A DNA stretch of 64,000 bases from Mustelus asterias. Taxonomy: Eukaryota. The DNA lies in NCBI RefSeq assembly GCF_964213995.1, contig NW_027590293.1:248001-312000 (forward strand), written 5' to 3'. Under the pieces are notes generated by a model. It saw nothing but the letters and a program-made list of their open reading frames with translations. It did no database searches and was not told the DNA's origin. Made by a program: the position numbers and the translations under genes. The stretch's first letter is position 1. Each line of letters opens with the position of its first letter. Of this stretch, positions 50,971 through 61,265 are shown piece by piece.

Positions 50971-51811
50971 GGTGCGGGTGTCCTTGTCACTCTCCAGGTT
51001 AAACAATCAGTTAAATCTCACACAGAACACGGATACAGTCTCTCCCCGCTGTGAATGCTGCGATGTATTTTCAGGCGGTGGAACTGGTGAAAGCTCTTTC
51101 CACACTCAGTGCATTGGAACACTCTCACTCGGGTGTATCTGTGTCTTGGTGCTTTTTCAGTCACATTTATGTCAAAAAAATTCTGAAGCAGACAGAACAG
51201 AAAAAGATTTCTCCTTCTAGATTCAATGATATTCAGATCCCGATCAATCAAATGACTGTCAGATTTAGATGTGACATTTGGTTTGAGATTTCTGCCTGTA
51301 AATCCTCACCTTCTGTTATCCTGCAAAAGCAGATTACAAAAGTCATCACTGTCAGTACAGGATAGAAATTCAGAACGACATTTCCTTGTTTTAAGTTCAT
51401 TCATTAGTCACAAGTAAGGCTTACATTAACACTGCAATGAAGTCACTGTGAAATTCCGCTAGTTGCAGCAGTCGGGCGCCTGTTGGGAACAATGCATCGA
51501 ACCAGCACGTCTTTCAGAATTCTAGTTTCTATGGAAACTTCTTTCCTCTCTCATTCCCCAAAAGCTGTGACTCTCCATCCCACACACTCTCCCTCCATTC
51601 TCACTCTGCTGTATCTAATATTCATCCTCCCAATTCTCCTGAAGGTGCTGATTGAGGCTGGTTGACAGATCCATGCTCACTGCTTCCTGTCCTGGACACA
51701 GAGAGCTGGAAATCTCCATGCAGGCTGCCAGACAGATATATGTCTATCTGACTGGACTAACAATGTGTGGAATGTACAGACTGGACTCACTCGCTTTCCC
51801 TTCAGTGGCTA

Positions 51812-53650
51812 AGGGCAGACATGGCACCAGGACCCAATGAACTGCACGCGAGGCTTTCTATGGATGTTGCTGAAGAGATAGTGGACACTTTGGTTGTAAT
51901 TTTTCATAACTCGCTAAATTCCAGGAGGGTATCAGAAGATTGGAAAACAGCCAGTGTGACTCCCTGGTTCAAAAAGGGAGGAAGGCAGAAGGCAGGGAAC
52001 TATAGGCCAGTTTGTTTAACATCGATTATTGGCAAGACGCTGGAGTCAAAGAGGAAATAGCTAATCATTCAGGAAAGCTGAATATAATCAAACCTCGTCA
52101 ACATGGTTTTATGAAAGATAAATCATGATTGACAAATTTGCTCGAATTCTTTGAGGATGCAAGAGGAAGAATAGATTGAGCACAATCTGTAGATGTAGTG
52201 TATTTAGATAGAGCAGCACATCGCCAGGGACCCGGGTTCAATTCCGGCCTTGTGTAACAGTCTGTGTGGAGTCTGCACGTTCTCCCCATGTCTGCATGGA
52301 TTTCCTCCGGGTGCTCCAGTTTCTTCCCATAGTCCAAAGATGTGCGGGTTAGGTTGATTGGCCATGCTAAGTTGTCCCCTTGTGTCCCAATAGATATAGA
52401 TTAGGGGGATTAGTGTGGTTAAAAATGTGGGGTTATGGAGATAGGACCTGGGAAAGATGCTCTTTTTGAGAGTCAGTGCAGACTCTCTGAGCCAAATGGC
52501 ATCCTGCACTCTAGGGATCCTATGATTTCCAAAAGGCATTTGACAAGGTACTGCATAAGAGGCTGGTACATAAAGTAAAAGTTCATGGAATTGTAGGAAG
52601 TGTGTTAGCATGGATTAAAAACTGTCCGTCACATAGAAAACAGAAAATTGGAATAATGTGTCATTTTCAGAGTGGAAAGATGTAACTAGTGGAGTACCAC
52701 AGGGATCAGTTCTTCGCCTGCAATTGTTCATTATTCAATTAATGACCTGAAGGAAGGAACAGAATGTAAGGTTTCCAAATGATTCGAAGATAGGTAGACA
52801 GACATGTTGTGATGAGGATCTTTTGATTCTGCAACAGGATATAGATAGATTGAGTGACTGGGTGAAAACCTGGCAAATGGTGTTTAACGTGGGGAAGTGT
52901 AGGGTCGTGTATTTCAGTCGGAGGAATCAAAAGGGAGATTATCTACATGGAGAGAGGCTGCAGTTGAATGAAGTACAGAGGGATCTAGATGTTCTTGCAC
53001 ATGAATCACAAAAGGCTAGCAGACAGGTCCCACAATAAGTAAGAAGGGATTGGAGTTTAAAAACAGGAAAGTTTTGTTGCAATTGTACAGGGTGTTGGTG
53101 AAGCCTCACCTGGAATACTGTGTACATTTTTGATCCCCTTACCTAAACAAGGATATAGTAACATTGGAGATAGTCCAAAGGAGATTCACCAGGCTAATTC
53201 CTGCGATTAGAGGGTGGTCCTATCAAGAGAGAATAAATTGTCTCGGTCTGTATTCATTGAAGTTTTGAAGACAAAGGGGTGACTTTATTGAAGCATATAA
53301 GATCCTGAGGGGGCTTGACAGGGTAGATAGTGAGACATTTTCACGAGTGGAAGAGTTACAAACAAGCTACAAGATAAAGGATCGGTCATTTAAACCTGAG
53401 TTGCGCAGAAATTGTTTCTCGCAAAGGATGGTGAATCTCTGGAATTCTCTGCCTCAAAGGGTGGTGGAGGCTGGATCATTAGAAGTATTTAAAGTGAGGT
53501 GGATAAATATTTGATAGATCGACGATTGGAGGGCTATAGGGAAATGGCACAGAAAAGAAGCTGAGGCTAGAATAGATCAGCTATGATTGGATTGAATGGC
53601 GGGGCAGGCTTGATGGGCCTGGTGGCCACTCCTGCTTCTATTTCTTGTCA
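51812..53650 (+). mobile_element. Degraded CR1 in the ZNF intron, with a nested HE1-like SINE (~52213-52525)
   Basis: EDWKTASVTPWFKKG..NYRPVCLTS and QQDIDRLSDWVKTWQM. It splits the conserved ZNF intron between 51810 and ~53805. Confidence 0.8.
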
Positions 53651-53859
53651 TCAGTTCCTGCAAGACAACAATTTCCCCAGAAAGTGTTACATTTGGACAT
53701 AAATGAGTAGACTAATGTGTGAATACACTGGTTAGAGAGACATGAAGAATGCGAGGAGGATTTTTATTTCGGCAGCGAGTGGTGACCTGGAAGTTAAAAA
53801 TTCAACTCCAGAATAAGAGAAGAAATGGAAAGGGGGAGAAAAGAAAGTGTTTTACTCAC

Positions 53860-53918
53860 AGATGTTGGAGAGACAGAAGGAAGTTTGAGTCTGTCTGAAG
53901 CTCAATCTTCATTCAGAG
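53860..53918 (-). other. Putative ZNF exon 1 (MKIELQTDSNFLLSLQH, phase-2 donor) containing the target-site duplication
   Basis: ATG at 53912-53910, then 17 codons plus 2 nt, then GTGAGT. The intron start matches 18906-18955 and 23971-24000. Confidence 0.6.
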
Positions 53919-54046
53919 ACCTCTTTTTAGGTCAAACCAAGTAAACAAACTCAAATTAAATCAGGACAAAGTAAAAGGGGCAGCTCCCCAAAAAGGAGGG
54001 GGAACAGCCCGAACAGAAATCAAAATGCAAAGGAAACTTAAAAACA

Positions 54047-57000
54047 TCAAATTAAAATGTGATTATTAGGGTCAATAATGCACCCCAACCCCTGCGGTGC
54101 CCAGCGGGCGCGGAAAGCGTCAACCTCGCCCGTGGACACCGCATGCTCCCTCTCCAGGGACACCTGGCCGCGAACGTAGCCGCGGTAGAGGGGAAGACAG
54201 TCAGGATGGACGGCCCCCTCGATCGCCCGCTGCCTGGACCGGTAAATGGCGCGTTTCGCCAGGCCCAGGAGCAGGTTCACGAGGAGGTCGCCATCCCGAC
54301 CCTCCCCTCTCCGCACCGGGTGTCCGTAGATCAGGAGCGTGGGACTGAAGTGCAAACAAAACATCAATAAAAGATTCTTCAGGAAAACATAAAGGGAGTG
54401 CAGCCTAAGACACTCAACATAGACATGGTCCACGGACTCCACAAGGCCACAGAAAGGGCAGTCTTCGGAGCCCGTGAACCAGTGAATCCTACGGTTGTGC
54501 GGAACTGCTGCATGCATCACCCTCCACCCCAGGTCCCCGACGTAATTGGGGGAGATCCCTCCGTAGAGGGACCTCCAGCGGGGACCTCCGCCGCCCGGCG
54601 GCAACAAGGCCCGCCAAGGTGTATCCGGGCGACAGGCGAGGAGGCGGTAGTGGAAGGTGTGCAGCAGCAGCCCGCACAGGAAACGCCTCCGCGCGGTAGA
54701 AAAAGGCACGGAGGGCATTTCCGCGAGGCGGCTCAGGCTGTGGGGCACCTCACCCAGGGGAGGGGGCTGAGGCTTTGGGCCAATGTGGAATTCCGCCCGA
54801 ACAGGGGAACGCTCGGGCGGGATCCCACCGCACGCCTGTGCCGTCTCAAGTTTGCGTGCAGTTTCGGGGCCGAGCACGACCGTCCTAAGGTCTAGGATGG
54901 CTTTGGCCGCGCGCCGGACGGACGTCCCCGCGCGCTCAGCCAGCACGCGGGGACTCATCCAGCCCGCTCCTCCGCCATCGAGCACGTCCCCGATTCTGGT
55001 CACCCCGGCGTCCACAGCCCCCCTCTCCGCCAGCCACCTGAAGTTATACGGCTGGAGGAGCGGATTCCTGAGCAGCGGCTCTCGCACGAGAGCCGCTACT
55101 CCTGACGGGGGAGAGCTGCGTCGCGAGGCGACCTTGTTCCAGACAGTGAGGAGGTCCTGGTAAAAGACGGGCAACTCCTGCAGGGTGGTCGAAGCACGCC
55201 CCAGTTCGATATGCAGGAGCTGCACGTCATAATTGAGGCCGTGCCACTGGCGGAAGAAATACGTCGCCATGGCACACCACTGTGGAGGGGGCTCAACGTA
55301 AAGGTACCTCTGCAGGGCCTGGAGGCGGAAGGTCGCTATCTGAGTGCGGAGGCACACCAGACCTTGTCCGCCCTCCTCAAGCGGGAGATACAGGACCGCA
55401 GCAGGGACCCAGTGCAGTCGATTGCCCCAGAAGAACCGCACGAGGGTTCTCTGGATATCGGTGACAAAGCCAGGGGGAGGGGTCAAAGGGACCAGCCGGT
55501 ACCACAGCATGGAGGCGACCAGCTGGTTTATGACGCGAGCTCGCGCCCCGTAGGACAGCACTCGGAGCAGTCCTGTCCAGCGACCCAGGCGGGCGGAGAC
55601 TTTGGCCTCCAGCTCCCGCCAGTTCGCCGGCCAGGATTCCTCGGCTGGGCAGAGATGGGCCCCCAAGTAGAGGAGGTCGGTCCTGCTCCAGGTGAAAGGC
55701 CTGAGCTCCTCCGGAAGGGGGTCCGTCTCCCAAGGACCGACAAGGAGTCCGGAGCACTTGGCCCAGTTGATCCTGGCGGAGGACGCGGCGGAGTACACCG
55801 CCTGGCATTCTCGCATCCTCCGCAGGTCAGCCGGGTCCGTGAACATGAGGAGCACGTCGTCGGCGTAAGCTGACAGGACCACCCCTACGTCCGGTCCGCG
55901 CAGGACCAAACCTGACAACCTCCTCCGCAAGAGGCGCAGGAATGGCTCCACGCATACGGAATACAGTTGGCCGGACAAGGGGCAGCCCTGCCGTACTCCT
56001 CTCCCGAAGCGAAGGGGCGCCGTCAGGGACCCGTTAACCTTAATCACACACTCTGCGGCAGAGTACAGTAATCGGATCCGGGCGACAAAATGCGTCCCGA
56101 ACCCGAATGCCCGCAGAGTCCCGAGTAAATACTCGTGCTCCACCCTGTCGAACGCCTTCTCCTGATCTAATGACAAGAAGGCGCCCGACAGACCAGCCCT
56201 CTGGGTGTGATGGATTAGGTCCCAGACCAGGTGGAGATTGTCATGTATGCAACGGCCCGGGACCGTGTAGGACTGGTCAGGGTGGATCAAGTGGTCCAGC
56301 ACGGATCCAAGGCGTGAAGCCATAGCCCTGGCAAAGATTTTATAATCCGTGCTGAGGAGGGAGACCGGGCGCCAGTTCTTGAGCAGGTGGAGATCCCCCT
56401 TCTTGGGCAGCAGGGCAATGACGGCCCTGCGCCACGAAAGGGGCATCTCCCCGGTAGCGACGCTCTCCCCCAGGACCCCCGCGTAGTCGCTCCCCAGGAC
56501 GTCCCAGAACGCCCTGAAGAACTCTACTGTCAGCCCGTCCAGCCCAGGGGCCTTGCCCCGGCTGAGGCCATTTAGGGCGCCGGTCAGCTCGGCCATGGTG
56601 GTAGGGGCCTCGAGCCTGCCGACGCCCTCCGGGCCGACCTGCGGCAGGTCCTCCCACAGAAGTCTGCGGGCATCCTCGCTGGACGGATCCGGAGAGAAGA
56701 GCGAGGTGTAATACTCCCGGGCAATGGCCCGGATGCCCTCCGGATCCGAGACGGGGGAACCGTCGTCGGCCAGCAGCGTAAGGAGCTGCTGACGGTTAGC
56801 CCGCCCTCTTTCCAGCGAGTAGAAGAAGGGGGAGCCGCGGTCCAGGTCCACCTGGAACTGGAGCCGCGACCTCACGTACGCGCCGCGAGACCTGGCAAGC
56901 TGCAGGTCCCGCAGCGCGTCCTTCTTCTCCCTGTACTCCGAACGCAGGGCCGGGTCCGCGTCAGGCCGACTGAGACGTGCCTCCAGGTCGAGCACCTCCT

Positions 57001-57940
57001 TCTCCAACTCCTCGAGCCTGGATTTCCGCCTCTTTGTCGACCCCCTCGCGTACCCCTGACAGAAGGTACGGACGTGAGTCTTGCCCACATCCCACCAGAG
57101 CCTCAAGGAGGGGAAGCCTCCCCGCTTCCTTCTCCAGCCGGCCCAGAATCGACGGAACGAGTCCAGGAAGCGCTCGTCCTCCAGCAGCGTGTTGTTAAAG
57201 TGCCAGTACGCGGACCCCCGCCGGATGCGAGACGGCGCAAAGTCCGCCCACACCAGGCTGTGGTCCGTGCTCGACACCGGCCGCATGGAGACCGAGGACA
57301 CGCCGGACACGTGCGCCTTCGAAATGTAAAGGCGGTCGAGCCTGGACGCTCCGACTCCAGGCCTCACGAAAGTGAAGGCGCTGGAGCCAGGATGGAGATG
57401 TCTCCAGACGTCCACCAAGTCGTGAGACCCGATCAGGTCCCGCAACTTCACCACCGCCGGAGTGCGCAGCCAGGGGCCGGTGCGGTCCCGTGCCTCGAGG
57501 ATGCAGTTGAAATCTCCCCCGAGGATAATGCATTCGCCCCCCGCGATGGTGTCGATGTGAGCGGACACTTTCTCGTAGAAAGTCGTTTGCTGCGGTCCAG
57601 CGGTCGGGGCGTAGACATTCAGCAAGTGAATGACCACGCCCCCCTCACGGACCGTCAAGTGCAGCAACCGGCCTGGCACCGGCTCCTTGACCCCCAAGAT
57701 CTCCGGCTTATAACGCGGGGCCAACAAGATAGCCACCCCGCAAGAAGCGAGCGTGAGGTGGCTCATGTAGACCCCCCCTCGCCACTCCAGGAGCCATTGG
57801 GCTTCGTCTCCCGGAACGGTGTGGGTTTCCTGCAGGAAACACACCGCATACTTCCCGTCACGGAGGACCGAGAAGTTCTGGAACCTGCGGTGTGGCCCAC
57901 TGCTGCCGTTGATGTTGAGGCTGGCTATGGTCACCTTCAT
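54047..57940 (-). CDS. Tx1 ORF2: APE endonuclease, reverse transcriptase and C-terminal Cys/His finger
   Basis: SLNING, LQETH, GGDFN, SRLDR, TDH (APE); NWRPVSLL, LDQEKAFD, GVRQGCPLS, YADD (RT); CPFC-x7-H-x4-C. 1297 aa uninterrupted. Confidence 0.95.
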   Translation of the reverse strand: MKVTIASLNINGSSGPHRRFQNFSVLRDGKYAVCFLQETHTVPGDEAQWLLEWRGGVYMSHLTLASCGVAILLAPRYKPEILGVKEPVPGRLLHLTVREGGVVIHLLNVYAPTAGPQQTTFYEKVSAHIDTIAGGECIILGGDFNCILEARDRTGPWLRTPAVVKLRDLIGSHDLVDVWRHLHPGSSAFTFVRPGVGASRLDRLYISKAHVSGVSSVSMRPVSSTDHSLVWADFAPSRIRRGSAYWHFNNTLLEDERFLDSFRRFWAGWRRKRGGFPSLRLWWDVGKTHVRTFCQGYARGSTKRRKSRLEELEKEVLDLEARLSRPDADPALRSEYREKKDALRDLQLARSRGAYVRSRLQFQVDLDRGSPFFYSLERGRANRQQLLTLLADDGSPVSDPEGIRAIAREYYTSLFSPDPSSEDARRLLWEDLPQVGPEGVGRLEAPTTMAELTGALNGLSRGKAPGLDGLTVEFFRAFWDVLGSDYAGVLGESVATGEMPLSWRRAVIALLPKKGDLHLLKNWRPVSLLSTDYKIFARAMASRLGSVLDHLIHPDQSYTVPGRCIHDNLHLVWDLIHHTQRAGLSGAFLSLDQEKAFDRVEHEYLLGTLRAFGFGTHFVARIRLLYSAAECVIKVNGSLTAPLRFGRGVRQGCPLSGQLYSVCVEPFLRLLRRRLSGLVLRGPDVGVVLSAYADDVLLMFTDPADLRRMRECQAVYSAASSARINWAKCSGLLVGPWETDPLPEELRPFTWSRTDLLYLGAHLCPAEESWPANWRELEAKVSARLGRWTGLLRVLSYGARARVINQLVASMLWYRLVPLTPPPGFVTDIQRTLVRFFWGNRLHWVPAAVLYLPLEEGGQGLVCLRTQIATFRLQALQRYLYVEPPPQWCAMATYFFRQWHGLNYDVQLLHIELGRASTTLQELPVFYQDLLTVWNKVASRRSSPPSGVAALVREPLLRNPLLQPYNFRWLAERGAVDAGVTRIGDVLDGGGAGWMSPRVLAERAGTSVRRAAKAILDLRTVVLGPETARKLETAQACGGIPPERSPVRAEFHIGPKPQPPPLGEVPHSLSRLAEMPSVPFSTARRRFLCGLLLHTFHYRLLACRPDTPWRALLPPGGGGPRWRSLYGGISPNYVGDLGWRVMHAAVPHNRRIHWFTGSEDCPFCGLVESVDHVYVECLRLHSLYVFLKNLLLMFCLHFSPTLLIYGHPVRRGEGRDGDLLVNLLLGLAKRAIYRSRQRAIEGAVHPDCLPLYRGYVRGQVSLEREHAVSTGEVDAFRARWAPQGLGCIIDPNNHILI

Positions 57941-57968
57941 GTCAGCAGCTTTGTGCCACCGTCACCAC

Positions 57969-60068
57969 TTAACTAGGTGTGTGGGGGGGCGCTGGCGCAA
58001 TTCTCACCAGTCCACCCCCCACCTTTTCGAGCCTGTGGAGGAACCGCAGTACCCAGCGCCGCTCTATTTTCTCCAGGCCCGCGGAGGCATGCGAGCATGC
58101 CTTCACGGACCGGACGAGCTGCGCCAGGTCCGGCCAGCGGCCGAGGGCTAGCCGGATTATGTCGGAGCGACCGGAATGGTTACGGATAAAGACCCTGAGG
58201 TCCTTGGAGGGGATGAGGGACGACTCGGTGGGGGGCACGAGGGAGTCCCCCGCCTCGCTCTGGGCAGACTCTGAAAGTGTCCCCGTGCCCTCCACCGAGC
58301 CGCTGACCTCCTCAGGGCGGTCGCCCCTCGACTCCGAGTCCCCCGCCGCAGGACGTACGGCGGGCGGCACGGAGCCACCAACTAGCCCTAGCCCCTCCCC
58401 GATCCCACCCCCAGGATCGGTGGAGGAGGGGTTCCCCCCGGGCTCACCTTTCCCGGATTGCGGGCCCCCGTGCGACGGCGGCCCAGCCCCCCCCCCCGCC
58501 CCAGACGCTTGGACACCCCCCAGGTCCGGTGTATCCTTCGGACTGAGGTTGGGGATGTCCAGCGTCCAAGGTCGGGACGGAGAGGACGAGTGGATCGTCT
58601 CTTCGCCGCCGCCGCACGAGGACATGAACATTGGAGTGTCGCCCCAGTCCCCCGACAGACTGAAGAAGAACTCCGGGTTGTAACCGGCCGGGTGGAACGG
58701 AACCGTGGGGGCCCCGCTGCCAACCGGCCCCGGAGACTCCTCGCCGGGGGACTGAGGCAACACATGCTTGGATTTACAGGGTGCCTTGCCCCCTTTTTTC
58801 TGGGGACAAGGCACAAAGACAGGTGGGGGCACGGCAGGAGATGACTCACAAGGGGGGAGGGGCACGCAGACCTCGAACTCTACGGTGCCCGAGGGGCCCC
58901 GCCTCTTTTTGTTAACCTGCCCTCGGGCAGGCGAGGCCCCTCGCCCTCCGCCCCTCTTCGCCTTGCCGCGCCCCCCCTGCTCTCCCGTCACTTCCCCCCG
59001 AGGTGGCGGCGTCGCCAGTTTTGCCGGCTCGGGGTCGCTTACCCCCCCATGCTCGGGCCCATGATCCCGGGCGCCGGACCCAGCACTAGGCCCCGGAGAG
59101 CCCACGGGCCCGGCAGATGGTGGTGGTGGTGGTGGGGGGGGGGCGCAGGTGGAGACTGAGGCGGTCCCCGAGCCGGCTGCCGGGGTGGTCGGGGTGTTTT
59201 CCCTGGGGGCCGGGGTTCCGGTACCCCCCTTCTTTTTTGTAGGTCCCTTATGGGCCTTTTGGCCGCGCGGGGGCTCCGCTCCCCCCCCGCCGGCAGCTGA
59301 GGTGGCAGCTGCTGCCGGCGTGGCCTCCCCTCGCGGGGGAGCAGATGGTACTCGCTTGGGGGGAGAGGGGGCTGCGGTGCCAGCTGCGGCCGCCTTGGGT
59401 TGGTGGTCGGCGGCCTTGGAGACGGGGCAGTTTTTCCGCACGTGCCCCGCCTCCTTACAGGCATGGCACCGCACACCGTCCGCGGACCAAAAGACCCGGT
59501 ACGTGGTCCCCTCGTGGGGGACATTGAACCCTCCCTCCAGTTCCTCCTCCCGGGCCAGGCGGACAAAAACCTGGCGCCGGAAGGAGTATATGTGGCGGAG
59601 GGAGGGGTCCCGAAGGCCGAGCGGGATCGGCTGCACCCCGGACCTGACCTCCCCCAGTAGATGGAGGTGGGGGAGGAGGAGCTCACTCGGTAGGAAGGGC
59701 GGGACGTTCGATATTACTATCTTGTGGGCGGTGGCCTCCAATGGGTCCACCGCCAGGAACGTCCCGCCCACCGTGAGCCCCCTCTCCAGGGCGAGGCGAA
59801 CCGCCCGCTCGGCCTTCAGGAAGAATACGGCCCGGCCGGACATCTTTGAGGCCGCGACAATGGCTGAGGGGCCGACAACCCCAGCCATTGCCTTGACGCA
59901 GGCCTCGATAGACATGTCGGGGTGGGCGTAGCACTTCACCCCGAGCTGCCGCGTGATTAAAGAGAATGGCGGCAGGGCCTTGGGAGCGGCGGGGGCTCTG
60001 GCAGCCGCCACGCCCGCATAGGTGGGCCGAGAAGGCCCTGCCACCGGCGACGCTGGTGATGTCGCCAT
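57969..60068 (-). CDS. Tx1 ORF1: RNA-binding domain with a CCHC knuckle and a long Pro/Gly-rich tail
   Basis: From the in-frame ATG (MATSPAS...): IVAASKM..RAVFFL, KIVISNVPPF, SFRRQVFV and CHACKEAGHVRKNC, typical of Tx1 ORF1. 699 aa. Confidence 0.88.
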   Translation of the reverse strand: MATSPASPVAGPSRPTYAGVAAARAPAAPKALPPFSLITRQLGVKCYAHPDMSIEACVKAMAGVVGPSAIVAASKMSGRAVFFLKAERAVRLALERGLTVGGTFLAVDPLEATAHKIVISNVPPFLPSELLLPHLHLLGEVRSGVQPIPLGLRDPSLRHIYSFRRQVFVRLAREEELEGGFNVPHEGTTYRVFWSADGVRCHACKEAGHVRKNCPVSKAADHQPKAAAAGTAAPSPPKRVPSAPPRGEATPAAAATSAAGGGGAEPPRGQKAHKGPTKKKGGTGTPAPRENTPTTPAAGSGTASVSTCAPPPPPPPPSAGPVGSPGPSAGSGARDHGPEHGGVSDPEPAKLATPPPRGEVTGEQGGRGKAKRGGGRGASPARGQVNKKRRGPSGTVEFEVCVPLPPCESSPAVPPPVFVPCPQKKGGKAPCKSKHVLPQSPGEESPGPVGSGAPTVPFHPAGYNPEFFFSLSGDWGDTPMFMSSCGGGEETIHSSSPSRPWTLDIPNLSPKDTPDLGGVQASGAGGGAGPPSHGGPQSGKGEPGGNPSSTDPGGGIGEGLGLVGGSVPPAVRPAAGDSESRGDRPEEVSGSVEGTGTLSESAQSEAGDSLVPPTESSLIPSKDLRVFIRNHSGRSDIIRLALGRWPDLAQLVRSVKACSHASAGLEKIERRWVLRFLHRLEKVGGGLVRIAPAPPHTPS

Positions 60069-60459
60069 GGTATCAGGGGAAGTGCTACACCCACCCCGAG
60101 ACTGCCCAGATGCACGGCAGGGCGTATATGTGGAGGGAAAGATAAGGGAGGGTGGGGTAGGTGGGTAGGGGTGTAGGTGTTCTCTCCCCGGAGCGAGAGA
60201 GGGAGAGAGGAGGTCGGAGCAGTAGGAGGGAGAACGAGGCACAAGGCCGGTGCCCCAGTCAGGAGGGAAAGGGGAGGGGGTGCACCAATCGTGGGGACAG
60301 CAGCAGTGGGTAGGGGAATTAGGAAAAAGGTCTTCACCCCCCCCCACTGCAGATGGAAAAGAGACAGTCCAAACGCCTTCGCCCCCCCCTCTCCTCCAGT
60401 CACTCCCTGTCCTCTCTTCCTCCCTCCCCCCGGGGAGAGCGCAACCTCCAGAGGCCGGA

Positions 60460-61265
60460 TGGCAGGCATGCAGGCAGTCAGGCAGTCCAGACGGCAGGCA
60501 GGCCGGACGGCAAGCAGGCAGGCAGGTAGTCCAGACGGCAGGCAGCCCAGACGGCAGGCAGGTAGTCCAGACAGCAGGCAGGCAGGTAAGCAGGCCAGAC
60601 GGCAGGCAGGCAGGTAAGCAGGCCAGACGGCAGGCAGGCAGGTAAGCAGGCCAGACGGCAGGCAGGTAAGCAGGCCAGACGGCAGGCAGGCAGGTAAGCA
60701 GGCCAGACGGCAGGCAGGCAGGTAAGCAGGCCAGACGGCAGGCAGGCAGGTAAGCAGGCCAGACGGCAGGCAGGCAGGTAAGCAGGCCAGACGGCAGGCA
60801 GGCAGGTAAGCAGGCCAGACGGCAGGCAGGTAAGCAGGCCAGACGGCAGGCAGGCAGGTAAGCAGGCCAGACGGCAGGCGGGCAGGTAAGCAGGCCAGAC
60901 GGCAGGCGGGCAGGTAAGCAGGCCAGACGGCAGGCAGGCAGGTAAGCAGGCCAGACGGCAGGCAGGCAGGTAAGCAGGCCAGACGGCAGGCAGGCAGGTA
61001 AGCAGGCCAGACGGCAGGCAGGCAGGTAAGCAGGCCAGACGGCAGGCAGGCAGGTAAGCAGGCCAGACGGCAGGCAGGCAGGTAAGCAGGCCAGACGGCA
61101 GGCAGGCAGGTAAGCAGGCCAGACGGCAGGCAGGCAGGTAAGCAGGCCAGACGGCAGGCAGGCAGGTAAGCAGACCAGACGGCAGGCAGGCAGGTAAGCA
61201 GGCCAGACGGCAGGCAGGCAGGTAAGCAGGCCAGACGGCAGGCAGGCAGGCAACAGGCAGGCCGG
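60460..61265. repeat. 28-bp tandem repeat array in the Tx1 5' UTR (~25 units)
   Basis: Unit ggcaggcaggcaggtaagcaggccagac, with occasional 24-bp variants and degenerate ends. Confidence 0.95.

Noticed and set aside
54059-59931. Many plus-strand ORFs antisense to Tx1
   Set aside because: Expected from high GC content; no recognisable domains.
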